From: Octopus sinensis
Taxonomy: Eukaryota
Length of the DNA stretch: 64,000 bases
Direction of reading: 5' to 3'
NCBI RefSeq assembly: GCF_006345805.1
Contig: NC_042999.1
Coordinates: forward strand, 48,732,001-48,796,000
Part shown: positions 26,135 through 39,081 of the stretch, one piece after another
Layout: every line of letters begins with the position of its first letter
Numbering within the stretch: position 1 is the stretch's first letter
The notes under the pieces: generated by a model
The model's input: the letters and a program-made list of their open reading frames with translations, nothing else
What the model was told of the DNA's origin: nothing
Database searches by the model: none
Made by a program: the position numbers and the translations under genes

Positions 26135-26688
26135 TGATTCTGAACACATCATAAATAACTACCAACCTTACGTAGCGAAGACGAACAGACAACTGCTCAC
26201 TCGGCCAAGCACATGGAATGTTATATAAATCATATATCTTGTAAATGGCGGGCTTTTTACGAACTGCATGTCGGGTAATGAAAAGTATTCGGAATACGTT
26301 TAACAATTAAGGATAATCTCTTAATAAGGGATCTTAACAAGGAATTATCGGGTAGCTAGAGTGAAAACCTCATAAAAGAAAAGAATTCGAAAATAATTTT
26401 TTTCTTTTGAACAAATTAATTATATCTATATTGTATAGAGGGCATTATTACACATAAATGCCTCACACTAGGATAATTTCTTGTTAAGATCCCTTATTAA
26501 GAGATTATCCTTAATTGTTAAACTTATTCCGAAATACTTTTCATTACCCGACATGCAGTTCGTAAAAAGCCCGCCATTTACCGGATATATGATTTATAAA
26601 CATTCCATGTGCTTGGCCGGAGTGAGCAGTTGTCTGTTCGTCTTCGCTACGTAAGGTTGGTAGTTTATTTATGATGTGTTCAGAATCA

Positions 26689-26743
26689 GTTCTGCTGACG
26701 ATCATTAGACGTAAGTTGAATGTGAAATCACGGTGATACAGAA
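26689..26743 (+). ncRNA. Type I hammerhead ribozyme, inverted unit
   Basis: gttctg-CTGACGA-tcattagacgtaagttgaatgt-GAAA-tcacggtga-TA-cagaa. Confidence 0.85.
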
Positions 26744-26999
26744 ACTAAATCATTTTTTAAATGTCTTGCTTTGAAAAACTGCATTTGGGTATGATTAGTA
26801 TAATTTTGGTAGTAATGACTTGTCCCTCCTAGTGTGAGGCATTTATGTGTAATAATGCCCTCTATACAATATAGATATAATTAATTTGTTCAAAAGAAAA
26901 AAATTATTTTCGAATTCTTTTCTTTATGAGGTTTTCACGCTAGCACCCGATAATTTCTTGTTAAGATCCCTTATTAAGAGATTATCCTTAAATGTTAAA

Positions 27000-27075
<76 letters not shown>

Positions 27076-27634
27076 CATGTATACGTGCATACATACCTAC
27101 ATGTGTACGTGCGTATGTACATAATATATACAAAGTAGTAAGCCAATTGGAAGACTATCGGTCCCATCCATCACTGGAACTGTAAAAATCTGTAAAACTC
27201 TCCAGAAGTATAGATATGCAACTATAGGCATGAGGATACATATATAAAACAGAGAAATCTACACATACATACATAGATGCAAAAAAATACTCTGTTGTTG
27301 ATGTTGAAATTCCTAAGGAGTCATGGATCTAGGCTATACACCGGTTCTTGCTCTATCGGCAAAACATCTTGAGGCATGGTAAGGCATGTGTCTGCGGAGC
27401 ACGTTCCCCACTTATGGCTAGCGGTGTTATCAGTGATACTTTCCATTTATTGTTGGATCAAGTTCCAGGGATTTCAGAAAATCGACCCAGAGCTTATTTT
27501 TGTAAGCGTGTATTGGTTGTTTTGCCGAACCACCACATTACGGGGATGTAAACATACCAACATCGGTTGTCAAGCGAAGGTGAGGTTGACAAACATAGAC
27601 ACACAAATACACACACACACACTCACACACACAT

Positions 27635-27665
<31 letters not shown>

Positions 27666-28311
27666 CATATATATATAATATATATATACAATATATATAT
27701 ATATTCTCATGTGCATTTATGTGTGTGCATGTGTATATATGACGGAAATAAGAGAAACAACGAGTTTAACACATAGTTCATGGTTAGTTACTTGTAATAG
27801 GTTTTGTCCCACTCTGCGTTTGACGCCAGTTCACGCAAAAGTAACATATGGAAATTCACGTACAGCATGGCTGCAGACAGATATTTGCGAATTAAAAGAA
27901 TAAAGCAATAATATTTGCGATTTTAAACATTGGAGTTGCACATTTTCAGTCCTGCATTAAAGATAAACTCTTAAATTAGGCGTAATTTAAGAGTGCATGT
28001 TGATTAAGGCCTGAGGAAGTGAGAAGTTTAAAAGCATGAATTTTATGTAAATTACCAAATGGATCTTTCATGTGAACTGGCGTCGAAACAGACTTCGTAA
28101 AGAGACAATTGTAACTGATCATTAAAGATGAGTGAACGTCTTCGTTTGTCTTATTTGGATCAGATTTTACTTTTTGCAACGTCTACACAATTACTTTACT
28201 CTTGTGAAACCTGGATTTTCTATATCCTGGAGAAGTTCGGGATTTGACTGAAATCTGACAGCTTAGAACCTGAATTGTCGAACCTGTCTGAAATCTCATC
28301 TTTAATTTGAA

Positions 28312-28375
<64 letters not shown>

Positions 28376-28380
<5 letters not shown>

Positions 28381-28893
28381 TCAATTTAGGGTAGCAAAAA
28401 ATTCAGTAAAAATTATCGCTACCAGCGGCCTAATGGAAAAGAGAAAATAGTCAAAGACTAAATATGTATAAATAAACAATTTAGGAATGGCCTAGACAGG
28501 CCATTCGTCCACTAGAAAGAGCAGCCATAACTCCAACCGCCAAGTAGTGTAATTCGGAAATAAGGTGAAAATTTAAAAACATTTACCCTAATTCATCTTT
28601 TATACGATGCATCGTTTCAGTGTCTTTAAGCTGGTCTATCATTAAAGACACTGAAACGATGCATCGTATAAAAGATGAATTAGGTAAATGTTTTTAAATT
28701 TTCACCTTATTTCCGAATTACACTACTTGCGGTTGGAGTTATGGCTGCTCTTTCTAGTGGACGAATGGCCTGTCTAGGCCATTCCTAAATTGTTATATTT
28801 ATACATATTTAGTCTTTGACTATTTTCTCTTTCCATTAGGCCGCTGGTAGCGATAAATTTTTACTGAATTTTTGCTACCCTAAATTGATTAAT
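28376..28893. repeat. Near-perfect ~250-bp-arm palindrome centred on a hammerhead helix II
   Basis: Arms 28376-28628 and 28643-28893 with a 14-nt spacer 'agctggtctatcat'. Each arm carries only the hammerhead 3' half (gacact-GAAA-cgatgcatcg-TA-taaaag). The right arm is a direct repeat of 29092-29260. Confidence 0.95.
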
Positions 28894-29042
28894 GATAATT
28901 TTCTGACTAATTCTGAGATTGAATCGGCGTTTATATTGCTGCCGATAAGTTTGGCGCGAATGCGTTGGTCTTGAAAATTTTAAGACAGATATCCCGAGGC
29001 ATTGATACAGTCGCCTCGTATATATCCGTCTCTCCCAGGTTT

Positions 29043-29138
29043 CTTTTACTGATGAAGTGTGACCTATGGTAGACTAGCTTAATTTAATTAATAAGCTGGT
29101 CTATCATAAAGACACTGAAACGATGCATCGTATAAAAG
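29043..29138 (+). ncRNA. Type I hammerhead ribozyme with long helix II and palindromic helix III
   Basis: ctttta-CTGATGA-agtgt...atggtagactagctta/taagctggtctatcat (16 bp)...acact-GAAA-cgatgcatcg-TA-taaaag. ACGATGCATCGT is a perfect palindrome; predicted cleavage after GUA at 29132. Confidence 0.92.
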
Positions 29139-29257
29139 ATGATTAGGTAAATGTTTTTAAATTTACAACCTTATTTCCGAATTACACTACTTGGCGGTTG
29201 GAGTTATGGCTGCTCTTTCTAGTGGACGAATGGCCTGTCTAGGCCATTCCTAAATTG

Positions 29258-29299
<42 letters not shown>

Positions 29300-29310
<11 letters not shown>

Positions 29311-29503
29311 CTACAACATAAAACAACAATTTGATTTGGAATGGAATATACTATCCCAATCATTTCCGTATGATAAAGGTAAATCTATTTGTTCACTCTG
29401 TAACGATAAAATGTATTTCATCCTGTTCTCGGAGAATCTTTTTGTAAACATGTTTAAAGAATGCGTTTATCGTTGCAAACATTGGAAAAATATATACCTT
29501 TAG
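29300..29503 (+). pseudogene. Penelope-like element ORF C-terminus (end of GIY-YIG endonuclease region)
   Basis: 'QQFDLEWNILSQSFPYDKGKSICSLCNDKMYFILFSENLFVNMFKECVYRCKHWKNIYL*' matches the recalled PLE C-terminal pattern I.W.IL....PY..G...C.LC..EK..IL......N.R.E...CRH. Confidence 0.75.
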
Positions 29504-29761
29504 TTCATATAAGTGATTTCTACCAGTCTATGAAATTCGACCTTTAACTGTCTTCTTACATTTCATCTCCACTAATTATATTTATTTCCATGCATCTAAC
29601 CTATATTCCTATTCACCTATCACACTATATTTCTCCACTTTTAATTTTCTGCTAATTTCTTTCTTCCTGTCTTATTTGATTCCGTGAACATTGAAAAAAT
29701 GCGCACACGTTTTTCCCATTGTTATTATATCCATTTTCGTCTCCTATATATATATATATCT

Positions 29762-29834
<73 letters not shown>

Positions 29835-29838
29835 AATA

Positions 29839-30045
29839 CAGGGGTCCCGGAAGTTGCGCACCATCCTGGTTTTTAAAAGAATGCACCCTTTATTGATTTC
29901 AAAAACACTTTATTGAAATTAATCGTAACAAATGATCAAATTGAGCACCCTCTATAATAAAACATGTAGCAAAATATAATAAAATAAGATGCTTTAGTTA
30001 TTTTTAATGAAAATCAGAATGGTGCGTGACTTCTGGGACACCCTG
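29839..30045. mobile_element. Tc1/mariner-derived MITE with TA target duplication
   Basis: TA|caggggtcccggaagttgcgcaccatcctggtttt ... aaaatcagaatggtgcgtgacttctgggacaccctg|TA; imperfect ~35-bp TIRs. Confidence 0.85.
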
Positions 30046-30072
30046 TATATATATATATATATATATGTGTGT

Positions 30073-30372
30073 GGAGGCGCAATGGCCCAGTGGCTAGAGC
30101 AGCGGACTCGCGGGTGTAGTATCGCAGTTTCGATTCCCAGACCGGGCGTTTTGAGCGTTTATTGAGCAAAAGTACCTAAAGCTCCACGAGGCTCCGGCAG
30201 GGATGGTGACGATCCCTGCTGTACTCTTTCGCCACAACTTTCTCTCACTCTTTCTTCTGTAGGCCTGCTCGCTTAGCCAGCGGGGTGGTGTCATTTGACG
30301 TCTTAAACAATGCGAAGCACAATGTGACCAGCGATATGTAGCAACATCTGATAGCCTGGTCGGTCTCGGTGA
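30073..30372 (+). mobile_element. tRNA-derived SINE (family A), copy 2
   Basis: 'ggaggcgcaatggcccagtggctagagcagcggactcgcgg...ttcgattcccagaccgggcg...gctccacgaggctccggcagg'. Confidence 0.85.
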
Positions 30373-30436
30373 TATATATATATACCATACACATACCTAT
30401 ATAATATATCTGTGTGTGTATATATATATATACATA

Positions 30437-30481
<45 letters not shown>

Positions 30482-30488
30482 TCATTTT

Positions 30489-30538
<50 letters not shown>

Positions 30539-31209
30539 TCATTTGTAGGATTCGTTCGTGCTTAATTCATCAATGAATAAGTTCGATTAGCTATCTAGAT
30601 TGTTAATTAATAAGTTAGTTTGTTGAATGGATAGATGGACGGACGGACGAATTGATGTATGGATGGATGAATGGATAGCTAATAATTTTGAAGTACTTTT
30701 TCCTTGTAGAATTCTATTATTGCAGAATCATTGTGTGTCCTTAATATTTATGCTGGTTGACGTTAAATCATATACGAGTCGTCTCGTAGATTATAACAAA
30801 CTACAAAGAGCAGTTTTGGAGCGGCTGAAAAAATTAGTGATGAATATGTAGCCACTAGCGTAAATGTTTATGCAGTGTCTTACATGATAACTTGAAAGTG
30901 GGCCAGAGCATTCTCATTCAATTACTGTTGTTTCTCTCATTTCATTATGAAAGATCTTGACGATAATGCCAAATTCATCAACCGAACCATCTGCTGAGAA
31001 TTTCTGTAATGCATCACTATTCACTGATTCATAAGCTTGACTAGGGCCAGTGAAGCAGAGATTTAAAGTAGAGTCTGATTAATGCATGTACATGTGTAGA
31101 CAGTGCTTATTGTCATAACTAAGCATTGAATTTAATTGAAAGAGACATTTATGTAGCAGTTGTGGTGAAACTGTAAATAACATATTTCATTAATCAGTTA
31201 TATTACATA

Positions 31210-31438
31210 TTTCTTTACTACCCACAAGGGGCTAAACACAGAGAAGACAAACAAGGACAGACAAACGGATTAAATCGATTACATCGACCCAAGTGCGTAA
31301 CTGGTACTTATTTAATCGACCCCGAAAGGATGAAACGCAAAGTCGACCCCGGTGGAATTTGAACTCAGAACGTAGCTGTAGACGAAATACCGCTAAGCAT
31401 TTCGCCCGGCATGCTAACGTTCCTGCCAGCTCGCCGCC
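31210..31438 (-). mobile_element. tRNA-derived SINE (family C)
   Basis: Reverse complement begins 'ggcggcgagctggcaggaacgttagcatgccgggcgaaatgcttagcgg' and matches the plus copies at 61031-61660. Confidence 0.85.
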
Positions 31439-31840
31439 TTATAATCAGTTATATTACAGTCGTAACAACCAACATTTTACATTAATGTTTTCTGTGTATG
31501 AAAATGAAAATGAAAATTTTCCCTTGGCGTGATTTTTGCTTTTATTTTTGTTAAAAAGTGGGGCGTGGAATATTGTAATACTACTAGTCTCGTCAACTAG
31601 ATATAACCTCCCTGCATTTTGGGGTAAGTGACTCTACATATGTGCATCTTATGTGCTGTGAATACTGTTGATCTGCACTTGTTTGCTGTTCTCTATATTA
31701 TACATACACTCCCTTCACCATGCCCTGTCACTGACACATATTTCTGTCATACGCAGTAGGCTTTAGACATTTGTTTTCTGAAAAGTTAGACCGTTTCATT
31801 ATAGTCAATTAATTAAAGTTCACGATCACGTCTTCATATA

Positions 31841-32341
31841 CTGGGTGTCCTAGAATTAACAAAGAGATTCATTGAAAATTTGGTTTTTAAATCTCACTTA
31901 TTTATCGTAGTTAATAGGTGTTAAAAGTGTATAAATTCTTTAATTTGTTTATAAGTTTATAATTTTTACAATTTCATTTTCATTCCCATTGGATCCGGCT
32001 TATCTGACCACTACATCTTTTTTTTCAATTTGGCTGCAATTAATTTCCTTACCCTACCCACTAATCATCCCCAGGATAGAACAATAGATTACCTGAACTT
32101 AGTGAACGCATTCAGTTAGCAGTGCAGGAGATAAATTCTTGAAATGCTTCAAGATGTGTTTCCGAATTCTAAGGATAGGTTTGAAATTTTCAGGTATACA
32201 GACCGAGCACGTTGAACATTTTCAATAGAGTTATTAATCAATTGTTTTGGTTTCATAGTTAATACAGATGAAATTCTGACAGTTTTCTTTTGTAATTTGC
32301 CTGATTTCATTGAAATAAATAGTTAATTCTCGGGCACCCTG
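31841..32341 (+). mobile_element. Internally deleted Tc1-like element with TIRs
   Basis: TA|ctgggtgtcctagaattaac ... gttaattctcgggcaccctg|TA, plus an internal remnant resembling the Tc1 C-terminus (PRT...EMLQDVF...RFE). Confidence 0.7.
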
Positions 32342-34019
32342 TATATATTTCTGGCTGCCCCGAGAGTTGAGAAACGTATGCAGATGTGTAAGATATAGTT
32401 GAATATAGACTGCACCAACTAATTTAATCTACTAATAACATATCTATTTGAGGCTGAAATTATTATATAAAATATTGGGAAATCGTTATTGAAAATTATA
32501 ATGCTGAAAGTATTATATAAAATGTCGGGAAAAGGTTATTGAAAACAAGATTGGGATAATACATGAAGATGTTAAACAAGAGGCAAAAGCAGCACCAAAC
32601 TCAGATATAGAGACGTCTGGGGAAGATTATTTCACAGTCATTCAACGGGCCAGATTATAGAATGGATGCAACCTCGAAACAACATTTAAAAAATGCAGAT
32701 TACGGTTTTAGAATATTCGTTAAAAAAACAGCTTTACAACACGAACAGAAATATTTAAAATTCCCCGACCAATAATGGTACATCTTACCTATGATAATCT
32801 AGACCTACTTTTCTGAATAGAAGACATGTTGCATTTATACAAATAAAATGAGTCGGTTCTTGCAACCGTATCTGAAACAACCAGCAAAATCTAAATGCAT
32901 CAAATTGAAATTCCATTGCTGGTTGTGTCGATTAAAATCCAAGTTAAAAGCTTCCTCTTGTTTACCGAACGTAGCAACGTCTTATCAAGCCCAGCATTAT
33001 TAACACTCCTTTCTAAAATATATTGCATAAGTGAGGATTTTACTTGACAAGCGACCCAACAGTAATTGACTCACAGAGGTGAATATGCCTCCACTCGGTT
33101 CCGAAATTTGAGACACTTATCCCAGCAATAAATAACCCAGGACTGCAAATATAATTTTTGCACGTAATATAATCAAATCCGCGCACTTTATCCTTTACAC
33201 AATAATTCGGTTGCTATTATCGTCCCTACTCACACGTCGTTGTGGAATGCCGTGGTTGGCCGTTAAGGTAGGCATTAAAGTAAATGCCAAACCAATTTAC
33301 AAAAAACATCCTGAGAAAACGTCACTGAGAAATCGTTCGCATCTACCGTGGACCTGCTAAGGCTCCATCGTTGCCCCTCATATAGTAGACAGTAACATGA
33401 GTCATTAGTTTGCTCGTATGGTTTCTATCATTCTTCTCTACAATACAATTCTCTTAAAATACATGCTAGGCACTTGATAATGGCAGTAGATCTATAATCT
33501 GTTGCAAAAAAAAACAAAATAATTCCTTTCACTAGAAGAACTACCAAAGAAGAAAAGAAGGAAATATATAGGACATAGTTCGACCAAACCACTGCCCATA
33601 TAGATATATCTGTGTAAGATTACTTATCTACAATCTATCTATATATGGAGTGCATTAAGATATTATTGAAATATGCTTCAGTATATATTTATTATTCAGT
33701 TCCATTCAAATATCCACTGCAGCAGAGATACTGGAATACTCATAATGTGCACGAAAGTTGTTTCTTGAAAAATTGCTGTAATGTTCCAATGGATACCAAC
33801 ATAAACATCACGTAAGTGCACATTTAATTAACCTTCATTCAATGAACAAAATATTCTCGATAAATCGCAGCCTACATGTACATATACAGAACTGTTATTA
33901 TTCCTATCTGTGTCTCTCTAGTTCACTCTCTTATGATCTTAGATTGTCATGGAATACTGAATTATGAGTCTGTGTATCTAAGTACGTATGTAAGCGCGCA
34001 CGCAGACATACACACACAC

Positions 34020-34898
34020 ACACGTGCTGTGAATAAACTATGGTTTAACTTATACAAAAATGGAAATAACATTGACATCTCATTTTCACACATATATTTA
34101 CAAGAGATTACGTAAAAATATCTTGAAATACCAGAGTAAATTTATTCAATAACAGCGCCATTGGCTTCAACCACGGCCTCCCGCTAATTTCGGTGTCTCC
34201 TGTAACTCTTCTGGGCGGTCTCCTTTTTTATGTTGCTGAATTCTGCCGTAATCATTGCCTTCTTTTCATTTTTGTGTTACAAAGAATTTGTTGGTCTCTA
34301 ACTCAGTTGTGCCCCACACACAATAATCAAGGGCGTTGCACACTGGGGAGTTATGTGGCCAGAGGTTAGGGGTGATGTGGTCGAAGAAATTGTCTGACAG
34401 CTCTGGGTTCTCCTGCTTGTGTGCCATGGTGCGGATATATTTTGCCAGACATAGGGCCATATAGCGGCTACCCTCTTGACCCAAGGGGCACCCCCCCAGG
34501 CACTTTGTGTAGGCCCCCATATTGAGTGTGAGGCCGTGTGAGAAGATTGATTGAGGCATAATGTTGCCATCACTAGTGATGATTTCAAACACCATTATCT
34601 TGACTGACTTGAATTTTTATCACTCTACGTACATGTCCTCAGACTGCAACCTCCTCAGATTGACATGCAAGCACTCTGAAATGTTCGTATTGGCGCTTCT
34701 GGCTTGAATGCCAAACAGTAGAGTATGTTTCTAAATTTCTGGCAGAGTCAATTGCGCCACGATGCTGTTTTTCTCACAGATGGAGTCCCATTGACCCTAC
34801 TATACTGTGTAGTCAACAAAATCAAAAGTAAATAATGTGCATGCGCAAAATTAAAAATATACAATAGCGACAACTTACTCATCGCACATTGTGTATTT

Positions 34899-34900
<2 letters not shown>
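34020..34900 (-). mobile_element. Deleted DD37D (maT-type) Tc1/mariner element
   Basis: Peptides 'MVFEIITSDGNIMPQSIFSHGLTLN', 'PWVKRVAAIWPYVWQNISAPWHTSRRTQ', 'SDNFFDHITPNLWPHNSPVCNALDYCVWG'; degenerate termini near 34020 and 34900. Confidence 0.8.
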
Positions 34901-34941
<41 letters not shown>

Positions 34942-34993
34942 ACCACATCCATGTGTATATATATGAATATATATACATATATACATATACACA

Positions 34994-35033
<40 letters not shown>

Positions 35034-35095
35034 TGCATATACACATGCATATGCATATATATACTCACACATACGCACAAATACATGCATACATG

Positions 35096-35139
<44 letters not shown>

Positions 35140-35141
<2 letters not shown>

Positions 35142-37918
35142 ATATATATCGTTTTAGTGGGTTTGACAAAAGTGAATGGGTTAGTTTGCTAAGTGGCGTT
35201 ACTTATTAACAGAAGAACAATGGTATAATTTCATCCAAACATTTCAATGAAGGATAAAAAACAAAATATAATATCACGCCGTAAATTTAATTATCATGCA
35301 TAGAATTATAACACGTGATACAGCATAGATAAGCTGATGTAATAATTACAATTTCCCTATTCTTAATTAACACCATTGATGCTCGTGACAAATAATTAAC
35401 TGTCCGATTCTAAAATGCGTTAAAGAATATTTTCTAACTCTAGAGGAATAGTATTCTTCCTTCTGTTATTTTCTGATAAATTTTCTGATCGACTTAAACA
35501 TTCCCTGGAATGAAGCAAATGTTTGAGATACCACATAATATTTACGGAATTTTTGTTAATTTGTTTAATTATTTATTTTTTATTTATTTTATTAAGACAA
35601 ATTTTTCCGACGAGAAGTACTTGGAATTCATTGAGAGCGCTGAATTGTTCGCAATGTTTATATTCAGATTAGCGTAAAGCATTAAGAATGGTTTTACAAA
35701 TATATTTAACCTGGTGATACATGTTCGAACTAGCTGATGTAAAACCAAAATTGTACAAGAATTGTGATGTATAGAAGTGGTGAGAAGGTAAGAAGTAAAA
35801 CGCCAGCATCTGGGCAGTTGCAGTTGGTATATCACTGTGTACGTACATGCATACTGAAGCCAGTTCTCAAAGGCAGCTCAGAAACCGGGTGCATGCGTTC
35901 CTCACTGTCTCACTAGGAAAACCAAACACCTTTTGGGTTTTGACACCATCTCGACTTTGGTGTTACAGGCAGAGTGGTTAATGTCTTTCCCGGCGGAGCT
36001 CCACACGTAGTACCTTATGGGTCTACAATGGGATGAATTGGAAGGATAGAAATTAGGGTTTGGCAAGACACAGAAATGCTCAGATAGTTGCAGCTGAATT
36101 TTTCCTGAGGCATGGCAAGGATTTGAAACCTGTAGCTACAACTGTCGTTAAAGTAGCAACCGTCTCCCACTAGAGATTAACCATACGCTTTCTTCCAGGT
36201 TCACACAGACGTCTGAGTTGAGCCTAAGTCTCTGATCAAAGACGTAGCGATGAATTCCGACTCGCGGATATCTCTTCTCTTTTACTCTTTTACTTGTTTC
36301 AGACATCTGACTGCTGCCATGCTGGAGCACCGCCTTTAGTCGAAAAATCGACCCCAGGATTTATTCTTTGTAAGCCTAGTACTTATTCTGTCGGTCTCTT
36401 ATTCTAAGTTACGGGGACGTAGACACATCAGCATCAGTTGTCAAGCGATGTTGCGGGGACAACACACACACACCAACACACACATACACACCACACACAA
36501 ACACACACACACCACACACACACACCACACACACACACACACACATAATATATATATATATATATTATATATATATATATATATATCGTTTTAGTGGGTT
36601 TGACAAAAGTGAATGGGTTAGTTTGCTAAGTGGCGTTACTTATTAACAGAAGAACAATGGTATAATTTCATCCAAACATTTCAATGAAGGATAAAAAACA
36701 AAATATAATATCACGCCGTAAATTTAATTATCATGCATAGAATTATAACACGTGATACAGCATAGATAAGCTGATGTAATAATTACAATTTCCCTATTCT
36801 TAATTAACACCATTGATGCTCGTGACAAATAATTAACTGTCCGATTCTAAAATGCGTTAAAGAATATTTTCTAACTCTAGAGGATAGTATTCTTCCTTCT
36901 GTTTTTCTGATAATTTTCTGATCGACTTAAACATTCCTGGAATGAAGCAATGTTTGAGATACCACATAATATTTACGGAATTTTTGTTAATTTGTTTAAT
37001 TATTTATTTTTTATTTATTTTATTAAGACAAATTTTTCCGACGAGAAGTACTTGGAATTCATTGAGAGCGCTGAATTGTTCGCAATGTTTATATTCAGAT
37101 TAGCGTAAAGCATTAAGAATGGTTTTACAAATATATTTAACCTGGTGATACATGTTCGAAACTAGCTGATGTAAAACCAAAATTGTACAAGAATTGTGAT
37201 GTATAGAAGTGGTGAGAAGGTAAGAAGTAAAACGCCAGCATCTGGGCAGTTGCAGTTGGTATATCACTGTGTACGTACATGCATACTGAAGCCAGTTCTC
37301 AAAGGCAGCTCAGAAACCGGGTGCATGCGTTCCTCACTGTCTCACTAGGAAAACCAAACACCTTTTGGGTTTTGCCACCATCTCGACTTTGGTGTTACAG
37401 GCAGAGTGATTAATGTCTTTCCCAGCGGAGCTCCACACGTAGTACCTTATGGGTCTACAATGGGATGAATTGGAAGGATAGAAATTAGGGTTTGGCAAGT
37501 CACAGAAATGCTCAGATAGTTGCAGCTGAAATTTTCCTGAGGTATTGCAAGGTTTTGAAACCTGTAGCTACAACTGTCGTTACAGTAGCAACCGTCTCCC
37601 ACTAGAGATTAGCCATACGCTTTCTTCCAGCTTCACACAGACGTCTGAGTTGAGCCTAAGTCTCTGATCAAAGACGTAGCGATGAATTCCGACTCGCGGA
37701 TATCTCTTCTCTTTTACTCTTTTACTTGTTTCAGACATCTGACTGCTGCCATGCTGGAGCACCGCCTTTAGTCGAAAAATCGACCCCAGGATTTATTCTT
37801 TGTAAGCCTAGTACTTATTCTGTCGGTCTCTTATTCTAAGTTACGGGGACGTAGACACATCAGCATCAGTTGTCAAGCGATGTTGCGGGGACAAACACAC
37901 ACACACAAACACACACAT

Positions 37919-37949
<31 letters not shown>

Positions 37950-37993
37950 CACACCACAACACACACACACACACACCACACACACACACACAC

Positions 37994-38030
<37 letters not shown>
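35140..38030. repeat. ~1437-bp tandem duplication with microsatellite breakpoints
   Basis: 'gttttagtgggtttgacaaaag' at 35151 and 36588. Copies are nearly identical, with scattered indels and about a dozen substitutions. Confidence 0.95.
35850..36250 (-). mobile_element. DD37D transposase fragment (duplicated at ~37285-37685)
   Basis: 'YVFDQRLRLNSD...GRRLLL...NPCHASGK...LSEHF...PNFYPSNSSHCRPIRYYVWSSAGKDINHSACNTK'. Confidence 0.7.
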
Positions 38031-38039
<9 letters not shown>

Positions 38040-38174
38040 TATAAGGGCTTCTTTCAGTTTCCATCTACCAAATCCACTCAAAAGGCTTTGGTCGGCCCCA
38101 GGCTATAGTAGAAGACACTTGCCGGCCATGTGGTTGGGTAGCAAGCTACTTACCGCATAGCCACTCCTGCGCCT
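37708..38174 (-). mobile_element. SINE family B with internal (CA)n/(TA)n; its 3' half is duplicated at 36276-36460
   Basis: Reverse complement of the family-B head ('aggcgcaggagtggct') at 38174 and tail ('gtaaaagagtaaaagag') at 37708. Confidence 0.85.
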
Positions 38175-38486
38175 AGGCATAGAGCTTGGCATACGTAGGC
38201 TTCTCCACGTTTCTTTGTATTTCGATGAGGAATGATCAGTTGAGAAACCAAACTAAAGTTTGTTCCAAAAAACCTTGAGGTGCATCGTAGCGTTGTCGTA
38301 AACAACTGCGTTCGTTGGATTGTGTCAATCGGAGGTGAACATACCTCATCTCTACGGTAGTGTACTTTGTGGCTCTGTTTTTGTGTCTCTGTGTCTGTCT
38401 GTTTGTGCTGGACTGCAGCTATTTGTCTCTCGTACACTCGGGAAGACACTCACCGCCACAAACGCATTCATGCACATACATATACT

Positions 38487-38889
38487 CTCTTTTACTTGTT
38501 TCAGTCATTTGACTGCGGCCATGCTGGAGCACCACCTTTAATCAAGCAACTCGGCCACGGGACTTATTCTTTGTAAGCCCAGTGCTTATTCTATCGGTCT
38601 CTTTTGCCGAACCGCTAGTGACGGGGACATAAACACACCAGCATCGGTTGTCAAGCAATGCTAGCGGGACAAACTCAGACATACAAACACACACGCACAA
38701 ATATATATATATATATACATATATACGACGGGCTTCTTTCAGTTTCCGTCTACCAAATCCACTCACAAGGCCTTGGTCGGTCCGAGGCTGTAGTAGAAGA
38801 CACTTGCCCAAGGTGTCACGCAATGGGACTGAACCCGGAACCATGTGGTTGGTAAGCAAGCTACTTACCACACAGCCACTTCTGCGCCT
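38487..38889 (-). mobile_element. SINE family B, full length
   Basis: Complete reverse-complement match to the 18926 copy. Confidence 0.9.
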
Positions 38890-39037
38890 ATATGTATTCA
38901 TATCACTAAAAGCATACACACACGCGTGTAAATATATACTTGTCTCTGTGTCTTTGTTTCTGTGCCTGTGTGTGCCTGTGTCTGTGTATGTGTGTGTATG
39001 TGCGTGTGTGTGCCTCTGTGTGTATGTGTGTGTGTGT

Positions 39038-39081
<44 letters not shown>

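Larger units (their letters stand above)
24997..27003. repeat. Tandem array of a ~478-bp unit (3 full units + ~40 bp) followed by a ~530-bp inverted copy; flanked by (TA)n
   Basis: The unit start 'tgtatagagggcatt' is at 25001, 25479, 25956 and 26432. Orientation switches at about 26472 ('cacactag|gataatttcttg'). Copies differ mostly by 1-nt indels. Confidence 0.95.

Noticed and set aside
24997-26470. Array as CRISPR-like or satellite-only repeat
   Set aside because: There is no repeat-spacer alternation because whole units are identical, and the context is eukaryotic. The embedded hammerheads explain it better.
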